This document shows, piece after piece, positions 27,849 through 34,411 of a stretch of 34,411 bases of DNA (positions are counted from its first letter, which is position 1; each line of letters begins with the position of its first letter). This DNA comes from Bacteroidales bacterium (lineage in GTDB: Bacteria > Bacteroidota > Bacteroidia > Bacteroidales > UBA12077), in NCBI GenBank assembly GCA_030156305.1, contig JASGMZ010000004.1:1-34411 (forward strand), written 5' to 3'. Under the pieces are notes generated by a model. The model had not been told where the DNA came from, searched no databases, and worked only from the letters and a program-made list of their open reading frames with translations. Made by a program: the position numbers and the translations under genes.

Positions 27849-28571
27849 ATGGCAACAACAAAAATAGAATGGACAGAAAGTACATGGAATCCTGTAACAG
27901 GATGCACTAAAATATCAGCAGGTTGTAAGTTTTGTTATGCAGAAGTTATGACCAGACGTTTAAAAGCCATGGGACAGGAAAAATATCGTTACGGGTTTGA
28001 TTTAACTTTACATCCCGAAACGTTAAAAGAACCCTATACCTGGAGAAAATCAAGAATGATTTTCGTAAATTCCATGAGCGATCTTTTTCATAAAGATATT
28101 CCTGTAGATTATATTCAAAAGGTTTTTAAAGTAATAAAGGATAACCCACAGCATGTTTTTCAGGTATTAACTAAAAGAGCTGATGTGTTAAAGTTTTATG
28201 ATAGTGAAGGATTGCTTGAGTGGCCTCATAACTTATGGATGGGAGTAACTGTTGAAAACAATGATGCTGTTGATCGAATAGATAACTTAAGAAATACAGG
28301 AGCAAGAGTTAAATTTCTTTCTTGCGAACCTTTATTAAGTGATTTACCTAGATTGAATTTGAGTCATATTGACTGGGTAATTGTTGGTGGAGAAAGCGGG
28401 CGAACACCACGTCCAATGAAAGAAGAATGGGTGATTGATATTAAAAAGCAATGCCAGCAAGCAAATGTTGCTTTTTACTTTAAACAATGGGGCGGTACAA
28501 ACAAAAAGAAAGCGGGTAGAAAGTTAGAAGGTAAAGTTTATGCTGAAATGCCTGTGTTAAACGATTTATAA
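27849..28571 (+). CDS. DUF5131 / phage Gp37-Gp68 family protein (radical-SAM-like)
   Basis: 240 aa; IEWT..TWNPVTGCTKISAGCKFCYA, FVNSMSDLF, QVLTKR, SCEPLL, WVIVGGESG, FKQWGG. Confidence 0.92.
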   Translation: MATTKIEWTESTWNPVTGCTKISAGCKFCYAEVMTRRLKAMGQEKYRYGFDLTLHPETLKEPYTWRKSRMIFVNSMSDLFHKDIPVDYIQKVFKVIKDNPQHVFQVLTKRADVLKFYDSEGLLEWPHNLWMGVTVENNDAVDRIDNLRNTGARVKFLSCEPLLSDLPRLNLSHIDWVIVGGESGRTPRPMKEEWVIDIKKQCQQANVAFYFKQWGGTNKKKAGRKLEGKVYAEMPVLNDL

Positions 28572-28574
28572 AAA

Positions 28575-28668
28575 CTTTGTGTCTCTTTGTGATTTTCCTT
28601 TGTGAAACTTTGTAGTAAATTTTTTTAAACCACAAAGGCGCACAAAGTACACACGAAGGCTCACAACG
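28575..28668. repeat. Palindromic heptamer array: 4x CTTTGTG then 4x CACAAAG-like
   Basis: ctttgt(g/a) at 28575, 28585, 28598, 28608; cacaaag, cacaaag, cacgaag, cacaacg at 28631, 28641, 28652, 28662. Confidence 0.8.
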
Positions 28669-28688
28669 AATAAACAGGAAAATATAAA

Positions 28689-29921
28689 ATGAAATTACCA
28701 AAAGGGTGGATAAAGTCGAAATTTAAGGGAGTTTTACATAATATTTCCATTAATAATTTAAAAGTAAAGAAAAAGGATTATTTACTCCAAGGGAAGTTGC
28801 CTGTTATTGATCAAGGACAGGAGTTAATAGGTGGTTATACAAATAATATTGAAAATAAAATTGATGAAGAGCCACCTTTTATCATATTTGGTGATCATAC
28901 TAGAATTTTAAAATTTATTAATTTCAGTTTTGCACCAGGTGCTGACGGTGTAAAAGTTTTGAAGGCTAAGAATAATATAGATTCTAAATTGTTATATTAT
29001 TTTTTAAAAGTTATTATAAATAAGGTTCCCAATAAGGGTTATGCTAGGCATTTTCAATATTTAACAAAGGAAAATATCCCACTCCCCCCACTTCCCGAAC
29101 AACACCGCATTGTAAAAAAAATTGAAGAGCTGTTTAGCGAACTCGATAATGGCATAGAAAACCTGCAAAAAGCCAAAGAGCAAATAAATACCTACCGGCA
29201 ATCCGTTTTAAAAGCCGCGTTTGAAGGGAAATTGACTAATGAAAATGTTAAAAATGACGAGTTGCCAAAAGGGTGGAAGTGGCTGTCAATTAAAGATATT
29301 TGTTCTAAGGTAGAATATGGTTCATCGAAGAAATCAGAAAAAGAAGGTAGAATTCCAGTTCTTAGGATGGGGAATATTCAACATTATTTCTTTGATTGGA
29401 CTGATTTGGTTTATTCAAATGATGATGAAGAAATTACTAAATACAGATTAAAAAAGGGAGATGTTTTATTTAATAGAACAAATAGTCCTGAATTGGTTGG
29501 AAAAACTGCTATATATTTAGGAGAAAGAGAAGCAATTTTTGCAGGTTATTTAATTAGAATACATTACAATTCAGATATTAATCCAAAGTATTTAAATTAT
29601 TATCTAAACTCTCTGAATGCTAAGGAGTACGGAAATACAGTAAAAACTGATGGCGTGAATCAGTCTAATATAAATGGGCAGAGATTAAAAGGCTATCCTT
29701 TTCCTTATTGTAAAAAAGAGGAACAAAATAAAGTAGTCTCAGAAATCGAACAACGTTTCTCGGTAGCCGATAAACTGGAAGAAAGCATCGATCAAAGCCT
29801 GCAACAAGCCGAAACGTTGCGGCAAAGTATTTTAAAAAAAGCCTTTGAAGGCAAACTAGTTCCGCAGGACCCAAATGACGAGCCGGCAGAGAAATTGTTA
29901 GAAAAGATAAAAACCCCGTAA
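28689..29921 (+). CDS. hsdS: Type I restriction-modification specificity subunit S
   Basis: 410 aa; LPKGW opens both TRDs, PLPPLPEQHRIV conserved region, QS.LK.AFEGKL twice, PQDPNDEPA tail. Confidence 0.93.
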   Translation: MKLPKGWIKSKFKGVLHNISINNLKVKKKDYLLQGKLPVIDQGQELIGGYTNNIENKIDEEPPFIIFGDHTRILKFINFSFAPGADGVKVLKAKNNIDSKLLYYFLKVIINKVPNKGYARHFQYLTKENIPLPPLPEQHRIVKKIEELFSELDNGIENLQKAKEQINTYRQSVLKAAFEGKLTNENVKNDELPKGWKWLSIKDICSKVEYGSSKKSEKEGRIPVLRMGNIQHYFFDWTDLVYSNDDEEITKYRLKKGDVLFNRTNSPELVGKTAIYLGEREAIFAGYLIRIHYNSDINPKYLNYYLNSLNAKEYGNTVKTDGVNQSNINGQRLKGYPFPYCKKEEQNKVVSEIEQRFSVADKLEESIDQSLQQAETLRQSILKKAFEGKLVPQDPNDEPAEKLLEKIKTP

Positions 29922-30177
29922 GAGTTTTCGGTTTGTAACCAGCAGTACAGATTGCAGTCAGAGCTCCGTAGATAAAGTAATATGTCAAAGAACAAAGATA
30001 TATTAAATCTAACTTAATGCCAGATGGCACAAAGAAAGGAGCGATCTGTTCCAAGCCCGCCACTACATGGCTCAATGGCTCATATTTTTAAACACTTTTG
30101 TTATAAACAGTACACTACTTCGTAGCTTTCTTTTTTATGTTTTTATCAGTAGTTTTGTATAAAATTTTGTAATAAAA

Positions 30178-30636
30178 ATGGCAAATACTTACACTCAGTT
30201 ATATATACAAATTGTATTTCCCGTAAAAAACAGGGAAAGTGTTATTCCACAAAAACATAAAGAAGAATTACATAAATATACTACTGGAATTATTCAAAAT
30301 CGTAATCATAAATTATTAGCTATTAATTATATGCCTTTTCATGCGCATATATTTATTGGCTATAAACCTGTTCAGGCACTACCTGATCTTGTTTGTGATA
30401 TAAAAGCAAATACCTCTAAATTTATAAATGATAAAAATTGGGTAATTGGACGTTTCAGCTGGCAGGAGGGCTATGGTGCTTTTTCATATTCCAGATCGCA
30501 CATCGATCATGTTATTCAGTACAAAATTAAACAGGAAGAACATCATAAAAAATCTTCATATAAAGACGAATACCTTAAATTATTAAAAAAATATGAGGTT
30601 AATTATGATGATAAATACCCGTTCAACTGGATATAA
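30178..30636 (+). mobile_element. tnpA: IS200/IS605-family Y1 transposase TnpA, possibly decaying
   Basis: 152 aa; MANTYTQLYIQIVF.VKNR, HAH (HUH), IKANTSK, FSWQEGYGAFSYS, Y...QEEHH; no tnpB. Confidence 0.8.
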
Positions 30637-30650
30637 ATATAAATATTACC

Positions 30651-30984
30651 ATGTACCAATTATCAAAAAAAAAAAATAAAATTACCAGCGAAATCAATGA
30701 AAAGAGGTTACAAACCGAATACAAAACCGGAATTTTACGCTGCAAAAAAATTTTGGATAACTGGAACCCCGATGCAATGGATAACTTTGAAACATACCAT
30801 AAACTTTATAAAACACTAACTGAATACGATAAACACTTTGCTTTTTGTTACGATTACATGAGTGGCTCAAAATATTTAAATGTTATAGCTTTACAGTTAG
30901 CCGATAAGGTTGGCTTAAAAGGCTTTTACCGATGAAACCAGGGATATAATTATTCGCTGGAGCAGAATAAATGAAAAAATCTAA
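30651..30984 (+). pseudogene. Small hypothetical protein gene, probably frameshifted near its 3' end
   Basis: 94 aa ORF ends 30935; removing one T in ggcttttacc continues [20 protein letters not shown] to TAA 30984; A12 run at 30665-30676. Confidence 0.4.
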
Positions 30985-30998
30985 ATAATTTAAACAAG

Positions 30999-32588
30999 AT
31001 GGAAGAAAAAAGAGAAGAAACTTTTGAATTTTTAAATTACAAGCTAACAGATGATCCTGAACTTTTAGATAAAGATTCAAGAATTACACCAGAATTATCC
31101 GAACAAATGGAATCTTTGCATCATAAAGCCCTGAAAGGCGGCAAAAAAAATATCGATTATTTATTGCATAAAATTGAGCAATACCCGGATGTTCCGCAGC
31201 TTAAAAATTATTTATCGGTAGCTTATATGAATAGTGGTAAAACAAAAAAAAGTTTTGAAGTGAATGATTGGATTCTCAAGGAGCATCCTGATTATTTGTT
31301 TGGATTATTAAATAAAGGATACGAGTATTATATAAATGAGCAGTACGAGAAAATTCCGGAGTTGTTAGGCCATTTAATGGAAATAAAAGAGTTATATCCC
31401 GAACGGGATATTTTCCATTTTTCAGAAGTGATTTCTTTTAATAAATTAGCGGTCATGTATTTTTCGGTAATCGGCAATTTTGAAGCAGCCGAATCGAGAT
31501 TTGAGTTATTAGCGAAGCTGGCTCCCGATCACAGGGAAACGGAAATAGCATTTCAGGCACTTCTGAGTGCCCGCATGAAAGCAGGACACGAGAAATTCCT
31601 TGAAGAAGAAAAAATGCGAATTAGCCCTGAGCTTAAGGACTACAATAAATCGATACAAACCGATAAAGCACCAGAATTTGAGCATTTATTAATCAATGAA
31701 TTATATCAGAACGATGTTAAAATCAATCACGATATTTTAAAAGAAATTCTAAGCCTGCCCCGCCACTCAATTATTAGCGACCTGAAGAAAGTTTTAAACG
31801 ATTCGATTTGCCGTTTCGAATATTTTAAGGAGTTGTATAATGAGGGAAATATTAATGGAAAAGATATCACTTTTCCCATACATGCTTTGTTTTTGCTGGG
31901 TGAATTAAAGGCTTATGAAACGTTGGATGATATTTTAGAAAATTTAAGGCAGGGAAAAGAATTTATCGAATTCTGGTATGGAATTTTTATGACCGAAGCT
32001 TTATGGTTGCCTTTGTATCAATTAGCCGGGCCTAATCTGGATAATTTAAAAGATTTTATGCTTGAGACGGGAATATATACCTATGCCAAAACCGAAGTTT
32101 CAACAGCTATTATGCAATACTATTACAATAATCCTGAAAAAAGAGAGCTTATTGTAAACTGGTACCAAAGCATTCTGCACAATTTTTTAACCACAGAGAA
32201 AGACAACCTGATAGATTCCGAATTAATTAGTTTAATGATATGTGAGATAATGAAAGCTGATTTTAAAGAACTAATCCCTTTAATAGAAAAACTTTACGAA
32301 AAAGGGTATGTTAGCCAGGGTGTTTGTGGTACATTAGATGAAGTAAAAGAATATTTTGGAAAACATGAAATTGAGTACTGGAAAAACGATAAAAAATCAA
32401 TCTTTGAAATGTATGATTATATTGTAAAATATTGGTATTCATACAACAAAGAAAAGCAAAACGAAACATTTGATTCCTGGCACAAAAAGGAAGAAACATA
32501 TATACGCAACGAACCTAAAATTGGGCGAAACGACCCTTGTCCTTGTGGTAGCGGGAAAAAATACAAAAATTGCTGTTTAAATAAATAA
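30999..32588 (+). CDS. SEC-C motif protein with helical-repeat N-terminus and DUF1186-like region
   Basis: 529 aa; C-terminal [20 protein letters not shown]; [11 protein letters not shown]; TPR-like NYLSVAY..HPDYLF. Confidence 0.75.
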   Translation: MEEKREETFEFLNYKLTDDPELLDKDSRITPELSEQMESLHHKALKGGKKNIDYLLHKIEQYPDVPQLKNYLSVAYMNSGKTKKSFEVNDWILKEHPDYLFGLLNKGYEYYINEQYEKIPELLGHLMEIKELYPERDIFHFSEVISFNKLAVMYFSVIGNFEAAESRFELLAKLAPDHRETEIAFQALLSARMKAGHEKFLEEEKMRISPELKDYNKSIQTDKAPEFEHLLINELYQNDVKINHDILKEILSLPRHSIISDLKKVLNDSICRFEYFKELYNEGNINGKDITFPIHALFLLGELKAYETLDDILENLRQGKEFIEFWYGIFMTEALWLPLYQLAGPNLDNLKDFMLETGIYTYAKTEVSTAIMQYYYNNPEKRELIVNWYQSILHNFLTTEKDNLIDSELISLMICEIMKADFKELIPLIEKLYEKGYVSQGVCGTLDEVKEYFGKHEIEYWKNDKKSIFEMYDYIVKYWYSYNKEKQNETFDSWHKKEETYIRNEPKIGRNDPCPCGSGKKYKNCCLNK

Positions 32589-32642
32589 ACCATAAAAAAA
32601 TTAAGTACAATTCTTGAAATTTTTAACTTTTATATTGAAAGA

Positions 32643-34109
32643 ATGACACAACAAATCATACAAAAAGTCTGGAATTATTGCAATACCTTACGGGATGACG
32701 GGGTAAGTTACGGCGATTATGTAACCCAACTGACCTACCTGCTGTTTTTAAAAATGGCCGATGAGTATTCCAAAAAACCTTACGAACGCAATATCGGAAT
32801 TCCTGAAAAGTATAACTGGGAATCGTTGAGAACAAAAACAGGAGCAGAGCTGGAAGCTCATTACATTACTATTTTAAATGAGCTGGGTAAACAAAAAGGC
32901 ATGCTGGGACAGATTTTTTTCAAAGCGCGAAACGAGATTTCCGACCCTTCCAAGTTGCATAAGCTGGTACAAATGATTGACCAGGAAACATGGGTAATGC
33001 TGGGTTCGGATGTGAAAGGCGATATTTACGAAGGGCTATTACAGAAAAATGCAGAAGATACCAAAAGCGGTGCCGGCCAATATTTCACACCACGCCCGTT
33101 AATACGTGCAATGGTTGAGTGTGTTCGGCCACAGCCTATGAAAACTATGGCCGATCCGGCATGTGGTACGGGTGGTTTCTTTTTGGCTTATTATGATTTT
33201 ATCAATCAGTTTTATAAAAAATCTTTAGATAAAGAGCAGCAGGAGTTTTTACGTAAGAAAACATTTAAAGGATGGGATATCGTACCCAACACCGTTCGTT
33301 TGGGATTAATGAACCTGGTTTTACACAATATTGGCGATTTGGATGATACCAATCCGCCTATTGTTCGCAACGATAGCCTTATTTCCGATACCGGCGAACG
33401 GTTCTATTATGTATTAACCAATCCTCCGTTTGGCAAAAAGAGTAGTTATACCATTACCAACGACGATGGTACGCAATCCAAAGAAGCTTTAACCTATAAC
33501 CGTCAGGATTTTTGGGCTACCACATCCAATAAGCAGTTAAATTTCATTCAGCATATCCGCACCATATTAAAAATTGATGGCAAGGCCGCTGTGGTGGTTC
33601 CCGATAATGTGTTGTTCGAAGGTGGAGCGGGAGAGACCGTGCGGAAAAAACTGCTGGAAACTACCGATTTACACACTATTCTACGGTTGCCTACCGGATT
33701 GTTTTATGCACAGGGAGTAAAAGCAAATGTGCTGTTTTTCGATAACAAACCGGCAAGTAAAAACCCGTGGACCAAAGACGTGTGGATTTACGACCTGCGT
33801 ACCAACAAGCATTTTACCTTAAAAACAAACCAGTTAAGTTACGAAGACCTTAAAGATTTTATCCGGTGTTATAATCCGGATAATCGATTTGAGCGTAAAG
33901 AAACAGAGCGGTTTAAAAAGTTTACTTACGAGGAGATTATTGCCCGCGATAAAACCAGCTTAGATATTTTCTGGTTAAAAGATGAAAGCTTAAGCGATTT
34001 GGAAAATTTACCGAAACCCAATGTACTGGCCGAGGAGATTATTCAAAATATTGAAGCCGGGCTAAATAGCTTTAAAGAAGTGCTGAATGGATTAAATGGG
34101 AGGGAATAA
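32643..34109 (+). CDS. hsdM: Type I restriction-modification adenine methyltransferase subunit M
   Basis: 488 aa; LRDDG..Y..QLTYLLFLKM, AGQYFTPR, DPACGTGGF, NPPF, LRLPTG. Confidence 0.95.
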   Translation: MTQQIIQKVWNYCNTLRDDGVSYGDYVTQLTYLLFLKMADEYSKKPYERNIGIPEKYNWESLRTKTGAELEAHYITILNELGKQKGMLGQIFFKARNEISDPSKLHKLVQMIDQETWVMLGSDVKGDIYEGLLQKNAEDTKSGAGQYFTPRPLIRAMVECVRPQPMKTMADPACGTGGFFLAYYDFINQFYKKSLDKEQQEFLRKKTFKGWDIVPNTVRLGLMNLVLHNIGDLDDTNPPIVRNDSLISDTGERFYYVLTNPPFGKKSSYTITNDDGTQSKEALTYNRQDFWATTSNKQLNFIQHIRTILKIDGKAAVVVPDNVLFEGGAGETVRKKLLETTDLHTILRLPTGLFYAQGVKANVLFFDNKPASKNPWTKDVWIYDLRTNKHFTLKTNQLSYEDLKDFIRCYNPDNRFERKETERFKKFTYEEIIARDKTSLDIFWLKDESLSDLENLPKPNVLAEEIIQNIEAGLNSFKEVLNGLNGRE

Positions 34110-34244
34110 ATAGAATTGTTTTTTTATCATTGATTTGTTAAAAGAATATTTATAATTTTATTAAGCTATAGGTTAATTTTTTTTGAACTTTTTTTCAATA
34201 TTACCGTTTAATAGTCTACATTTGTGAAACGCAAATGTGAACAT

Positions 34245-34343
34245 ATGATTTCTGCAAAAGATGGTAAGAGAGCTATTTACATTGATGTGGATAACAAAGA
34301 AGAGATTTTGGCATATATAGTGGCTATAAGAAAACGTCAATAA
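34245..34343 (+). pseudogene. 5' end of a probable gene interrupted by the second MITE copy
   Basis: TACATTTG promoter motif at 34217-34224; MISAKDGKRAIYIDVDNKEEILAYI runs into the element and stops inside it. Confidence 0.4.
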
Positions 34344-34411
34344 CTGCGTTACGCTCGCATTGGCAACCAGTCATTTACGTCAGTAAACTCCTGGCTGCCA
34401 ATTCTTCGCAA
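34318..34411. mobile_element. Second MITE-like copy, truncated by the window end
   Basis: 34314-34411 matches 23846-23943 at 97/98 nt, including the left TATATA. Confidence 0.88.

Noticed and set aside
28575-28668. Possible CRISPR array
   Set aside because: 7-nt repeats with 3-6 nt spacers and a mid-array inversion; no cas genes in the window
28480-28701. 73-aa minus-strand ORF over the heptamer array
   Set aside because: Antisense to DUF5131 and hsdS; its sequence just reflects the repeat
29665-30075. 136-aa and 67-aa minus-strand ORFs over the hsdS end
   Set aside because: Antisense to the conserved hsdS C-terminus with no protein motifs

Overview
A 34.4 kb AT-rich bacterial window, most likely Bacteroidota (TAnnTTTG promoters; a T9SS-type C-terminal domain on a secreted protease). 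The left part (271-10682) is an anaerobic metallo-enzyme block: an Lrp-linked minus-strand operon (two PLP enzymes, a selenium-dependent-type 2Fe-2S/molybdenum hydroxylase, SsnA-like amidohydrolase, membrane protein) plus a ferredoxin/aldehyde:ferredoxin oxidoreductase pair. The middle holds GPP34, MFS, a degenerate LeuD-like gene, tRNA-Arg(TCT), a cytidylate kinase-like gene, M4 and C1 peptidases, SDR, tag and mnmE. Directly after mnmE lies an accessory defence-type island: a GIY-YIG nuclease gene framed by inverted REP-like hairpins, a second GIY-YIG remnant split by a ~156 bp TA-targeting MITE-like element, and a dispersed type I restriction-modification system (hsdR..hsdS..hsdM). That system carries a tightly coupled TcmP (SAM-dependent methyltransferase fold) + DUF5131 (CxxxxxxCxxC radical-SAM-like) pair, the best candidate for an uncharacterised DNA-modification/defence system. 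A second MITE copy runs off the right end. Family assignments come from recognised motifs; no database search was run.
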